DNA of 64,000 nucleotides from Saccostrea cucullata (GCF_032062105.1 NW_026936725.1:310001-374000), one strand, 5' to 3'; positions 36,574 to 49,757 are shown, counted from the stretch's first letter. Notes: generated by a model from the sequence alone, not told the origin. Numbers and translations: made by a program.

Positions 36574-37343
36574 ACTATTCTCCTTGGACTTACGTGGGTA
36601 ACTATTCCCTCGGACGTGTTCTCGGAGAATTATTCAACTGGGCATGTCCTCGAGAAATTAATTTTCTTGGGTCTGTCTTCAGTGAATTAGGCTCTTGGAT
36701 CTGTCCTCAGGGAAATATTCTCTTTGATCTGTCCGCGGGGTATTATTCTCTTGGGTCTATATACATGTATAAACTATAAACTATAGTTTACTATAGTTGA
36801 CTTTAATGAACAATTTGACATTATTAAAACTTTGATTTACATTAGTGAAAACTTTTACACTTTGATTTACTATAGTGATAACTATGAAAACTTTGATTTA
36901 CCGTGGTGATCACTATGGAAACTTTGATTTACTATGGAAAAATTTTGATTTCGTATGGTGATAATTTTGCCAGTTTGATTTACTATAGTTTACTATTATC
37001 TGTAGTAAATCATAGTTAACTATAAAGTAAGATTTTGTTAGGGTTGGGTCTGTCCTCAGGAAATTAGTATATTCTCGGAGAACTTTTCCCACTGGCATGT
37101 TCTCGGGAAACTATGGACTAAGGAAACTATTCCCTTGGTTCTGTCCTCGGGAAACTATTCCCTTGGGCATGGACGCGGCAAAATTATTCCCATGGGCAAG
37201 TTCTCCGGAAATTATTTCCTTGGGCATGTTCTCGAAAAATTATTCCCTTGGGCATGTTCTTGAGAAACTATTCACTGGAGCATAATTTCAGGAAACTATT
37301 CCCTTGGGCATGTTCACGGGAAATTATTTCCTTGGGCATGTCG
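36574..37343. repeat. 28-bp minisatellite (~17 units) interrupted by a MITE
   Basis: Consensus AAACTATTCCCTTGGGCATGTTCTCGGG in 36574-36758 and 37044-37343. Confidence 0.9.
36759..37043. mobile_element. MITE-like insertion with ACTATAGT / AACTTTGATTTAC sub-repeats
   Basis: Ends TTTTGTTAGGG; flanked on both sides by TTGGGTCT; related copy at ~41218-41579 also ends TTTTGTTAGGG. Confidence 0.6.
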
Positions 37344-40300
37344 TTGGTAATTAGATCCTGCCATTATTATAAAAATCAAAAAGGATTAAAAAAAAATTAA
37401 AGGAAATTCCCCCTCTCCCATTTTTTTTTCATTTGAAAGAAGAATCTGAAGGCTTCAAATTCATGTTGCAATAAAATGAAACGTTCCATCAATCGATTTT
37501 TAATTATCACTTTTGTAATATCATACTCTTTCCTCACTACTGAATACAAACTAATACAAAATTAATGTTTATTAGCTTGAATACATTAACGATAGTAAAC
37601 CAGACACGTTTATGTAGGCAAAGTTATTGCGTAATTTGTACTCAAGTCTAGGAATATACTTGTTTCATTACATATATTAGGCATGCTTTTTAAAATTTTA
37701 GTTGTTTTTGTTTCTTTCGAATCTATGAGTAAAAATAATTTACTTCCTCTGTATAATCAAATTTTACTCGCGAGCATGATTTTTGAAGATGCATAATCAT
37801 GGCTTTATAGTGTCTCAGCATTTTTCTTCTAATAGGTTATTTGAAAGATGAATTATATCTTCTTTCAAGAAATTTTAAAAAGGAATAGAATTATAGAAAA
37901 ATCTTTTTGTTAATTGTTATTAATCGAAGGGAAAAGGCACTTTATTTCACTTACAATCATTGATCGCTTCAATGCAATCCCTCTTTCTCCAACTCTAATG
38001 TCTCTGATTTCTCGTTCTAATCAGATCGTGGAAATTCCTTTTTTATCAAAAGCAAAGTGGAAAATATCAGAAATACTATTTAATTATCCAAAATGCATCT
38101 CTCATATTTCTGTCAGGCGTTTCAGCCTGGATCAGTAGGCGGTAAACAAAGTGTAATAAGAATCCCTCAAACCCTGATCCGAAGAATCAAGAGTGTGTAA
38201 AAACGGTTCCTGCACAATACATGTATTTTACCAGATTTACATGGAATCTAGTTTCATGCAACATGAGTACGCGATTAATATTTAATTTTTCTGACATTTT
38301 GAAAGCATCTTTATTGGTATAGTCTACTTCAGATGATTTCTTAAGTCATTAATCAAGTATTTTGTATGGTTGATTTTTTTTTTATACTTTGATGAAAAAA
38401 TATGCAAATAAACACATACTTAAAAAGAAGAACATTCGATTAATCTAACGTAAAAATCGTGTTTCTGTTAATTTAAATTAATATCACCTGACTAAAAAGT
38501 TAGAATTACTTCAAATAATACTTGAAAATTTGTTAGAGTCAAAAAAAAAATAAAGTTATATCTCATATAAAACTTTTATTTTATAGAGGTAAGTGTAGTT
38601 TCTTTTATTTTAGATGGAAATTTTAATATTCAAATTGAAAAGTTCGAATATGAATTCATAAATATTCATAGAAGATCTCGTTGTAGATATACAAGTCATG
38701 GAATCTTCACAATATTCGTTAGAATCGTAAAATATGCCCAATTCATGACCTCATGGTCCTATCAGCAAACAACCAGATAGATACATCTGTCTATATGCAA
38801 ATAGTTAACTAACGCTAAGTGGATACGAATTACCTTTATTCATTTCTAACTTCCATATCGATTCACAAGGGATGACAGTTATATATATATGATAATTTCA
38901 TTTGGACTGAGAATCAAATAACATGCGGGCAGTTTTGTTCTATTATCGTGAGCGCCATCTAAATCTGATTTGAAACATTTGTTGTGGTTGTAATTGATAT
39001 ATTGCTTCTATTTAATGTCCAATGTCGGCAGTAATTAGCTCTGATTTCTAGTATCAGTCAAGGATCTTTTATCTTTTTACAAAATATATATTTCATTATT
39101 AAATCAAAAAGAACTGGACGTCATGAAGATTCGTGTTACTGCAGCATTGCTTTTAATTTTGCTACACTTCTTGTTCTTTGAGGAATACTGCAATTTTTAG
39201 CATCCAATTACAGCATCGAGATTACATAATTATTGAATTTTTGTTTCAAAATACTCTTCTTTTGTATGGCAAATAAAAATACAGAAATACAGATACAACA
39301 TTCTATATATTTAATGTATGCTGGAGAAACGCAATTAGGTAAAATGATCTCCAGGAAATGACTGACAAACTGGAAAGTAAGACTTAATGAGACAATATGT
39401 TCAAAAGATTACAAGACAGTCAACGTCCTATTAAATCCATTAACAGCAAATTCAGATGTGTAATTTACTATAGTATATATGTATGTATCAAAGTTATATT
39501 AAGGTAATATTTCAAAGCTTTTTTAAATTTCAAATTGATATATTTTACCTTGCTTGCATATTTTTTTTTTACTTTAAAAGCACTATTTCCTTTGCAATAT
39601 ACTGGTACATGTATATTATTTCTAAAATTCACATCTTTGGCGTGTAATTAAAAAGATAATGTCTCTTCATTTAAATAAAAGTTCTGTAGTAAAATTTCAA
39701 TGTAAATTAGAGTATCAAAGTATTTATCATAGTTATTTATTTTTAAAAAAAAAAACACCTTAAATTAAATAAGTTAATTTGTAGAACTTAATTTTATTTA
39801 TGAGTTGGCCGAAATATAAATGATACCATGGTGATATCGTGATCTTACGCTCTCTTACTAAATGTTCATAAAAAATAAATTCCGAGGGATCAGATATCTA
39901 TAAAAACATACAATTTAAAATAATGATAAAATTGACACATTAAAACAAAACATGACACAAACCTGTCCATTAGTTGAGATCTCGGATTTCAACCTAATAT
40001 AGAATTTATGAACCCCTAAGGTGTGAAGTTTTTTTTTGGCTTCAGCTTCATTGTATCACCAATGTCCATCCATTTTAATTAAGAGCAAAAGTAAGGCACT
40101 TTCTTGTAAGGTATCCGTTTACTCTGTCCTGTACATGGGGCATTTGCGACCTACCGCTGCTATTCAAATTTCGCTTGGACGTCATCGATCTGTTAAAAGA
40201 CACGCAACACCCTTAAGACAAAGAAAGCTAGCAAAACAGGATATGACTATTGGAGAACATTTGTAATATCTCTGGTTTCAGATTCGTATATATTCGGGTG

Positions 40301-40347
40301 TCTTTTCTTCATACAGTCATTTCCCAGTCAGAAGCTAATCCCGAAGG

Positions 40348-43300
40348 ATGCTTTTCCTGATTCTGACTTCAACGTTTTTGTTGATGTGCACCCATTCAGA
40401 GGGAAAGGATGTTTATATAACGGTAAGAAAATATTTATTATAATTCAATTTAAACACAAATTAAACTTCAAATTAAAAGCATGCAAAATCAGTCTGTAAA
40501 ATGTTTTTATATTACATGCATATAGTTAAAATCTTCTAATACTGTTTGTATAAATCTTTTTTCATATGATAAATATTGTTGCAGTTGTTTTGCATTCCCA
40601 TAGAGGTACGACATGTTTCAATTCATATAAATGCATTTTGGCGTCTAAAAATCTTGTTATCTATCATATTTCAGTAATTAAAGACAATATAAAATCACGA
40701 AAGTAAACTTCGTGCTTATAAAATACAGTTGTGCATATATCTATCTCTTTTATTTATAGTTCTCTAATTAAGAGAGACTCACTTACCCGGAATTTTTAAC
40801 ATTATTCCTCCTTCAGATCCTCAAAGTAAATTACATATACGTTAATATAAAAACAAATGACGAATATTCTACGGTAGAAAAATACAAACACTTACATTAA
40901 TAATAAATGTATTCTAATTATTACTGTAAATCACTTTTTATTCGCGAGAACTTTATTTTCGCGTAATTACGCGAGACAGTGTGCTCGCGAAAATTTAATT
41001 CTCGCGTATAATAGTATTCCTTAGGATTTTGTAGAGCAATAACCGACATTCGTGAAAATTTCGTCTCGCTCTCCAAAAAATCAATGCTTATCTCGCGAAA
41101 ATAAGGTGTCGCGAAAATTTAGTGATCTACACTAAGTCTGCACACAGAGTTTTTGGAGACATTGTTGTATACTCATGTATTAAATCATATTACAATGTTG
41201 CACCAGAATATTTAAACACCAACAACATTTTACTACATGTATAGTTAACCATAGTTTACTATATTTAACTATAGTAATAAATACTTTGATATGCTATGAA
41301 ACTTTAATAATATTTTTTAAAGATTAATTTAAGAGCTCTAATATTTCTTGAAATACATACAATTAATATATTTTTTGGCAAAAATATATGTAAACATACA
41401 AGTAAACTGTGATATTAATATTTCACATAAATAAAGAAAATTTCATCTAGGAATCTATAAATTAAAATATAACAATCTGGAATTCTTTCTAAAAATACTT
41501 TGATTTACCATATTGAATTCGAAACTTTGAATTGCTATAATTAACCGTAGTTAAATAAACTATAATACTTTTGTTAGGGAAAGAAATATCTTAATTTTGG
41601 TTTTGTAAAACACATGTCAGAATAAGTCTCATATCTATGATAATCGGAACCGAAGATTCATAACTGTACATTTCAGACAGGTATATGTGAGTCAGAAAGT
41701 AACTCTCACAACAAAGTGTAACGTAAAAAGTTTATTATTATTAAATATCAACATTTTTGCAGTACATGTAGTTATACACGGTTTTTACTATCAAAGTACA
41801 TTGTAAATAAAAATATTTTACTATGATTCGTTATATTTCATTTTTTTTTTACCAACTCATAAATTGGGAGTTTAGTGGAATGGGAATATTATTTGTATTT
41901 TTGTATATCATTTACAAAATTAGCATTATATGTATATGTATATATTAACATGTACTTTGAGAAATATACTGGCTCAAACCTTGGAACAAATATTAACGAG
42001 AATAGAGTTCCATTGTGAAACAACGTCTGAAAGTTTTACATACAGCTATAGCTTACTATTATGATTGATATTGATAACTGTAGATGTTTTTTGGGATCTT
42101 TATTTAGTTAAAAATCAAAGACGCCAAGAAAAAAATACACTGTGTAAGCCAGTACCTGAACTAATGGATGTAAAATACAATAAGACATGCAGATACCCCA
42201 ACTTTTGCAACTGAATTTTAATATCAAAGACACTTGATAAATGTACATGCTATATTATACATATACTCTTACCTCAATTCGTATGATATATGTATATGTC
42301 CCTGATATTGATTGAGTATGTACAGGTATTTATGTAAGCGCGTCTTGATATTAAACTATACTTATCTAGAGTAATTGCAATATCAATTGGTATTGTACGT
42401 GTACAAGTATTTAGTCTTTGTCATATATGTTCTTTTAGTACAAGTTACTGGCTTAACAAATACCTTCTTGAAAGCGTCTTTGAACAGTCTGTCATAATGA
42501 TACCAAAAATAACACATGTACATGTATTTAATATGATTCCGAAGATTTTTGTCTTTTTGCCAACGAAAACATTATGTCTGGCTTCTGCATTTCAACAGTA
42601 GTAAATGTCATTAAACTGTCTAAGTTTGGCAGCATCATACCGATTACAGAGAGCAGGCAATCATTTCGATTGACTGTTTGTTTTCTTGTTTTAGGTCCAT
42701 CTTTGCTAAAAACTAATCGAATTAATAGAAAAAAAATTCAGAATTTTTATTAAATTTTGTTTTAAAAATTCTTATAATGAGTTGTAAAAGAATTAACTAG
42801 GCTATATAATCTTATATATTAAAAAAAAGCATTTGGAAGTTAACAGAAGCTTTTTATATACCGGGTACTTACTTATGCTTTACGTGTTTTTTTTCACTAG
42901 GATGATTTTTTTAAAAAGTTATAAATGGTTCATGTACCAATAAAATTTGAAGAAAGAAAATACCGAAAGATGTTTCGAATATATTCGACTATCACTCAAA
43001 TGCTATCGAATAGTCGACTAAGGAAAATAATCATTTTGACATTCCTTTATTAGAATATACACATGTACATTCAAATTTACAAAACCATTTCTGATCTACT
43101 GAGTTTTCCCTGGATTTGATCCCACCTCTGCTGTTTAAGAGGTCCATATTTGCTCTGCTCCAAAATTTGTATTGTTTAATGAAGTTTTGAGCTTGAATAC
43201 TTTTCGTTATCTCCATATATTTCAATGTAATTGTTTGGTAATATCTAAAACCAAGATGCTTGACGTAGAAAAAGTCCAAAAACTATTATTAATATATCTA

Positions 43301-46300
43301 AAACCAAGATGCTTGACGTAGAAAAAGTCCAAAAACTATTAATGATATTAAGCATACACGAATATACAATCATATAATCAACATTTCCTTTGAAAAGAAT
43401 GGATCCGGAGTGTTTTAAAATTGAATTTTCTATTCATTTTGCTCAGTATTCTTTTTTCAAATGATGGATTGGATGACCGTGTAATAAATAATAGTTGTCA
43501 TAAAAAAACAAAAATAGAGCCCAATATCAGAACAGAAGAAGGAGAACATCTGACAAGTACGTCTCCTCAATATTCATAGAAATACGAAGAGTTAAGATCA
43601 GTACAAGGCAAAAATACCATATATGGAACAGAACGATAAGAAAATATTTGGCGGGGGCATAAAATATTTAAAAAGTAAAGCACGTTATGGACCATTTTTA
43701 TATGTATTACCTATGTTTATTACATGTTCCAGAGATCTAACTCCCCCGTATGCCCCCCCCCCCCCCGTGGGCCGTGTGTGAGGATGTGTTTTATATACCT
43801 TTGTTTATTGCATGTTCCAGAGATCTAACTCCCCCGTATGCCCCCCGCGGGCGGTGTGTGGGGATGTTTTTGAGTTTGACCGGAGGAGAGACGATGGGAC
43901 CGTGGAACCCGAGAGGAGACACATTACTAATTGTTTCTGTAACAACACCAGGTCCTGTAACTTCAACAGAGAACACATGATCTACCAGAGCAGAACACAA
44001 AGGTCAGAGATACTGATATTTGATAATAATTACCTAATGGGATTGGGCAAAAGGTTTAATACTCTATAAGTGTCTTTCGGTTTGTAAAATGATAATTAGT
44101 TACTTTACATCATGAGCATAATTATAATGTTCAGGTATTGGCTATGCAACGTAAAGAACGAAAATTTCAATTTTGGTTTGAATGCGTCATTTGGTTGGAT
44201 AGAAAACGTATCTATCCGCTTGACGTTTTATTTAGAACGCGTACAATTTGAAGTCATTTTGAAGAAGAAAGGTTTTATTTTCTATATGTAATGAAAGAAA
44301 ATCAAATGAATTTAAAAACTAAAATCAAGTTAAGATTGAAGAATAAATTTGAAAGGTTTCTACGTTATACTGGTAACCTAGGTTGGAACAGTTCACGCCT
44401 TTTTCTTAATAATCGGCATCGAGGTAAATAAAACGTGAACTGTCCCATTTCAGGTATACAGCGTGGGTAGCTTTTAAATTAATTCTTTTAAAAATTTAGA
44501 AGCTAACTCAAACTGTACCCGAGTTTCTAATCCGAGTGTCTAATCTAAAAAGACACACATCCCTGTTTAATAAGGAAAATATCTGATTTTAGGTGAAGAA
44601 AAGCAATATTGATGCTGAAAGCATTATTTCGCCTCGAGTGATATTGTTTTGAAAAATGTTGTTGGATCATTTGCTTATCGTATTTTTCGTTATTTACAAT
44701 GGATGAATAACGAAGTAAATTTTAAAGCCTTGAAAAATAAATATATATTCTACATGATGTATTTTGCAGTTCATGTGCCATGAAAGTATAAAAATACAAA
44801 AAAATCATAGCTATATGTCACAGACACTTGGAGGTCCGGAATTTACAGATGAGGTTGTACACATTTGTAAAGGTCATAGTTGCCACCTGATCCAACCTCT
44901 GATGTTTTGGAGGTCCGTTGTGCTCCGCTCCTATTTTGAAATGATTAATGAACTTTTGAGCTCAAATACTGTTCATTATCTCCACATATTTCATGTACTT
45001 GTACAGTGAAACTTGTGTAATCCGGACACAGCGTGCTCCAGAGAATTTGGCCGGATTAGACAATTTTCCATATTAAACAACATATGCAACAATTGAAAAT
45101 ATTGGGAGGTAAAATAAAGTTTAATATTGGTTCGCATTAGGTAGTATTCCAGAATACATAACATCTGGTTTAGACAAGTTTCACTGTATTAATATTATTT
45201 TTTAATAATGCCGTTTAGTTTTTTTATTTAAAAAATCGTAAGTTATTAATAAGATGAAGTGCACAACCTCTAAATCCAACACTATATCAGAAAATCTTGA
45301 CAAACATACTGAAGGAAAAAATTCGCTTTGATTTCTTTTATGTAAATCATTCTTTTAGATTCTATATCTGATTGAAATTTAAGGATGATTACGTTTGAGA
45401 ATGAAATCACACAAATAATGAAAAGCTATTAATGTGGTACATATCAGATTATATTTATCATTATAAATGACATGATAAAGAGCTAAATAGCTTTCATGTG
45501 CCTGTTCATCTAGGGGAATCATCTTGAAAATAAAAGACATCACAGGAAACCTCTCTAATGCGCAATAGTAAAAGGCGTCGGGAAAGAAAAAGTGGAAGAT
45601 AATCGTTGAAGATTCTGGTTATGTCGGCTGCGCGACATCGATCGGAATGTTCTTTATTCCGCCAAACTTTGATGCTGTTTTCGGATAACAAACACAGTGA
45701 TGCAAAAATAATAATCTTTTCCCATTTATTTTCAATCAAACAATCAAAAGTCCATCTTTGAGATTATGTGCTTGGTTTGGTTCTGTCTTTTAGACTCTCC
45801 TTAAGAGTAATGCCTATGCTGGATCGGCGCTGCGTGTCATTTCCTTTTCTATGTTGGAAATTAACATTGTTTTCTTTACCTTAAAAACAAATGATAGATC
45901 ATTTTCAATAATAAAATGTATGCTATTTTCAATATAAAAAAAGTATGTTATTTTCGAAAGGAAAAGTATAACATTTCCAAAAGATTGCAGATTATAGAGA
46001 TTCAATCATTCAGGTGAACAGAATCAAAATATTTCTGTAAAGCATATGTTTCAAAGTTCTTCGTAAAATTTTTGGCTATTGTTAATTGTTCTGTTTATTT
46101 TTCTCAAGTAAATCTTTTGGCAGCTACTGATTCAATCTTTTAATCTATTTATCAAAATCTTTTCAAAATGTCAGATTATGCAGATCGTACACATTCAAGA
46201 ATTATTGCTGATACTTCTTCGTGGCACTTTATCAGTCATTTGTATTGGTTCCATTTTTTTTACTTTTAAAACTTTTCTGTAAATGCAAGCCATTTATTTT

Positions 46301-49232
46301 TATCTACTAAATTTCCTTTAAGTTTGATCCACATAGAAATCATTGTATTGAACCTGTAAATTATTATGGATGTTACTATGGAGTCTATGTAGAGATAATT
46401 TTGTTTTCGGGGCAAGAGCTGAAAGTTCTTTCTTTTAGTAATGATAAATAGATTCCGACTTCGATACTTTGCCGGCTATCCATGACGGGAAGAAAATGAG
46501 AGTCCCCTTTCAAATGATTTTGAAGCTGCCTAATGGATTTGGACGTGATCTATTCCCCCATGTGCAATTGCCCTGTTCGCTTTGGGTTTCATTGTATAGA
46601 CACTGTGACCAATACAAGCCCTATGTAATTAAGTATTGGCATGTAAGGGATTCGTATGCAATTCACCGCTGTCATAATGGATTCAACAGACCTCAAACGT
46701 GATCCTTTGTGGTGAAGTCTCTCAAAGATAACAAAACGAAAATATCGTTCTCCGCCAGGACTTCTTATTAATTCAGGCAATTCAAGACCAAACATGATGG
46801 AACTCCAATCTCTCTTATTAGGAGAAATTAACTCAATTCATGTTAAATCAACAAAGTTAACAAAATGTAAAAAATTCAACCAGAGAGTGTCAAGTAAAAC
46901 TAATGGAAGTACAAAAGTCTTAATAATTGTACTTGTATTATTGTTCCAGTTTTCCAATCAGTTCCATCCACACATAGTAACACAATTTTCATGCCTTATA
47001 CCAAACACACCAAAGAAACCTAATTGCATTATTTTGTGACAAAAAATTACATTGATTCGACAATTCTATGCAGAAGCACGAACAAATACCCTCTTATGTT
47101 TAAAAGTAGCAATGAGGACAATAGTTCTAGATTAGTTCAGTCGGTCTTTGTACTTTATTAATCGGTTGAAAATACCTTCAAAATTTTTCATAAACCAAAT
47201 AGATACTCAGAAAATTATTACAAGTGTAAAATCAGTTGTCACTTTGACACATAAACCCTTACATGTAAGTCATCACATATGCTTAATATAATTAATTTTG
47301 ATGATCTTTTTTTTAATTCAATTCTCGTTGATATTTGAATTTGTCTTTTAGTATATTATATTATATCAATTATTATACTATATTAATATTAATATAATTA
47401 TAATTATTATATTAATATTATAATAATGAGATTAATATATTACATGTATATTATATATCATAAATTACCCAGCATCCTCTGTTATGTCAATGCCTCTGAT
47501 GTTGTAATAATAGGGAGGTGTTGTGTGAGCCTGTGGACCGGTTGCCCACCTGTAGACCGGGGATGATCGCTCGTCGTATGTATGTGGACTCCATGGACTT
47601 CAACGACAAATCATACTATGAAGTAGGTATCACATCCCAACCGTTCTCGGAATCTTGGTAACTCTGGTAAATGTATTCTTAAAAGGAATAATGATTTTTC
47701 TAAAAGGCCAGCTTTGTGATAGCTAAGCATAAAATCATTTTAATATAAGTACAAAAAACCGTTTTATGCCCCAATAATGAAAAAATTCGGGTTATAGATC
47801 TAAATAGTTTTTGCCCTGTCTACCTGGACATCTGTCTATATCTGTTTGTCCGCAAAACTTAAAGTTTGACAATAATTTTTGATCGGGTGAGATTTTTTAT
47901 TTCATGTTTCAAATGTGTTTACTTGTTACAAAGCCTTTCTTTAGGTACCAACATATTTGACCCTGGATTTTGACCTACTTTTGAAAGATTTTTTCAAACT
48001 TTAACTTTGGTCATAACTTTTGAACAGTTAGTGCTAGGGCTTAAATGCATCACATGTATATTCGTTGTGATCCTTCGATGGGTTTAAATATTTTTGACCA
48101 TGAACTTTGAGCGTGATCCACTTTTTAAAAACTTATCCTTGGACATAACTTTTGAATCTAAGGGCTTAATAATTTACTGATGTATTTTTCTGTGACAGTG
48201 GCCTTTTCACCTTGGAGTTTTACTTTTAAGAAAAAAAACATTGACCTTGGCCATAACTTTTGAATATTAATAGTTTTTATAGAGGATTTTATATTTTAAC
48301 AGGTATATTCATTAAGCAAGTCATTTCTTAAGGCAACGAAGTTTCTTATCCCTTGACCTTGACGTTTGATTTGCATTTGAGAACTTTTGCCAAAAGCTGC
48401 CATACGGGAGGATAGGTGTTTCACAAACACATCTTGTTTTATTTCACTTAACACTCTGGGCTACATTTTCATTGGTATTTGGTACTGTTACTGACCAAGT
48501 ATCAGAGTTTTAGATAAACATTATCTATGAGTATTTTTTATATTTGAGTATTGACAGCTAGCTGCAATGCTAAATACTAGTAGCAATTACCGACTTGAAA
48601 AATTATTAGTTTACTTATTATAGCAGTTTATAAATAATCTCTCATTAATACGATTCCTAAAGCATTGTTTTATAGGGTGAAGTTTACTTTTCTAGTACCA
48701 GATATAAACCACTTAATGGGATCTACGAACTGTCCTTACATAGTTTGTCTCATACTAATGTAATGTAAAATAAATACCGTATATAGGGTTATTTTTGCCC
48801 CGTTTTTTTTTCGCCCTTTCAATCTTGCAAAGAATTTTGCCCCATCTTAAATTAACCCAATCACACTTTTGTTTCAGAAATTATACTGTATTCTTTGAAT
48901 TAATATCCCGCTTTAAATTCGCCCAGCCGAGGGGCGAAAAATTTCCCTATATACAGTTATATACATGAATAATGCATGTTTACCATAAAATGTCCCAGTG
49001 TTCTGTGCGAAGAGAACACGTCTCCTCAACATGCTACCTTTGCAACAAATGCTTAAAAGATTCCAAGATTTGACTTTTTGTTCGTTTTCAGGTAAGATGT
49101 ATTTGTCCACTGAACATAGTACCAAGTTCTCGGCCCCGCGTGAAGGCTACAGTGTACCGTAACCTCCAGTTTGAAGGCTTTGACAGGATATATAACTACA
49201 AGTGTAACGAACAGGACGTAGAGGAGGAATAA
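40348..49232 (+). CDS. 168-aa secreted Cys-rich protein with two Argos/giant-lens (scoloptoxin-11)-like domains
   Basis: Exons 40348-40422, 43821-44002, 47514-47622, 49092-49232; GT-AG, phases 0/2/0, 507 nt. MLFLILTSTFLLMCTHSEG-KDVYITRSNSPVCPPRAVCGDVFEFDRRRDDGTVEPERRHITNCFCNNTRSCNFNREHMIYQSRTQREVLCEPVDRLPTCRPGMIARRMYVDSMDFNDKSYYEVRCICPLNIVPSSRPRVKATVYRNLQFEGFDRIYNYKCNEQDVEEE. Signal peptide plus PVCxxxAVC, CxC, CxPVxxLPxC, VxCxCP and YxYxC motifs as in insect Argos. Confidence 0.8.
40924..41132. mobile_element. short TA-flanked MITE
   Basis: TA|CTGTAAATCACT...TTCGCG ... CGCGAAAATTTAGTGATCTACAC|TA, with many TTCGCG/CGCGAA sub-repeats. Confidence 0.75.
41218..41579. mobile_element. MITE related to 36759-37043
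   Basis: ACTATAGT-rich ends, ACTTTGATTTAC internal motif, terminus TTTTGTTAGGG. Confidence 0.55.
43241..43341. repeat. 48-bp direct repeat x2, period 53
   Basis: ATATCTAAAACCAAGATGCTTGACGTAGAAAAAGTCCAAAAACTATTA twice. Confidence 0.9.
43708..43872 (+). repeat. tandem duplication of the exon-2 acceptor and first ~50 coding nt of the Argos-like gene
   Basis: TACCT.TGTTTATT.CATGTTCCAG|AGATCTAACTCCCCCGTATGCCCC...GTGTGTG.GGATGT with exon starts at 43733 (C14 run) and 43821 (C6 run). Confidence 0.9.
44339..44487. repeat. imperfect palindrome / fold-back element
   Basis: AAGAATAAATTTGAAAG...ACAGTTCACG pairs with CGTGAACTGT...CTTTTAAATTAATTCTT. Confidence 0.65.
45004..45186. mobile_element. pogo/Tigger-like MITE with TA TSD
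   Basis: TA|CAGTGAAACTTGTGTAATCC ... GGTTTAGACAAGTTTCACTG|TA. Confidence 0.8.
47762..48440 (+). mobile_element. Helentron/HINE-type element, same family as 31078-31660
   Basis: TTTTATGCCCC start, TAGTTTTTGCCCTGTC, TTGACC/GGCCATAACTTT modules, end AGCTGCCATACGGG...TTTCACAAACACATCTTGTTTT. Confidence 0.75.
48777..48956. mobile_element. short MITE (CCGTATA...TATACAG)
   Basis: TA|CCGTATATAGGGTTATTTTTGCCCC ... GGGGCGAAAAATTTCCCTATATACAG inverted ends. Confidence 0.7.
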
Positions 49233-49757
49233 CGTACAAACTAAAGAAAAGACGAAGGTGAGTGACCAGTTGTAACACAGTCAATGCCTGACACTCACTT
49301 AAGAAAAGACCAATGGGGTCTTACACAGGACATCCTTAACATACTATCCAAGTCTGGTGTTATTAATGAGGACTGATGGCTGTTACATGTATTTGTAATG
49401 CGGAACTGAATGCTATATATACTACAATATTTCCATTCCTTATATTTTTTTCTGTGATAACCCTTTGAAAGTTAGCGGAGTTGATTTCTTGATAATTCTA
49501 CCGGAATGTAAATTAGGCAGGTAGATAGGTCAAGAGCCAAGGAGGCCTAATATGCATGCAAATCTCGTGCGCATCTGTTTCTGTGACTGACGCTAAGGGG
49601 GCCAAATATGCATGTAAATCTCGTGCGGCTGCCTTTGTGTTTGACGTCAGTGGGTGAAGACTATTGAAATTGTCATGGGAGTCCTTGTGTAATTTAAATT
49701 TAGGTCTACATATTTAAAGTCTAAATCTACAGCTTTATTTCACAATGAAATGGAAAT

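Noticed and set aside
36574-37343. 28-bp repeats as a CRISPR array
   Set aside because: Units are contiguous with no unique spacers, there are no cas genes, and the context is eukaryotic; it is a minisatellite.
39123-39200. 25-codon signal-peptide-like ORF MKIRVTAALLLILLHFLFFEEYCNF
   Set aside because: Ends in a stop with no convincing donor; hydrophobic short ORFs are common in T-rich DNA.
40585-42712. Chain of micro-exons (e.g. 40585-40605 LFCIPIE, 40817-40825 ILK) in the Argos-like gene
   Set aside because: Exon 1 joins exon 2 directly in phase 0 and gives a good Argos-like alignment; such short AG...GT windows occur by chance in AT-rich introns.
45500-46800. Coding-like minus-strand stretch inside the Argos-like intron
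   Set aside because: Many stops in the frames examined and no family I can recognise; possibly a decayed element, which would need tBLASTx to decide.
47352-47462. Almost pure A/T tract upstream of Argos-like exon 3
   Set aside because: Low-complexity sequence with no definable unit or evidence of function.
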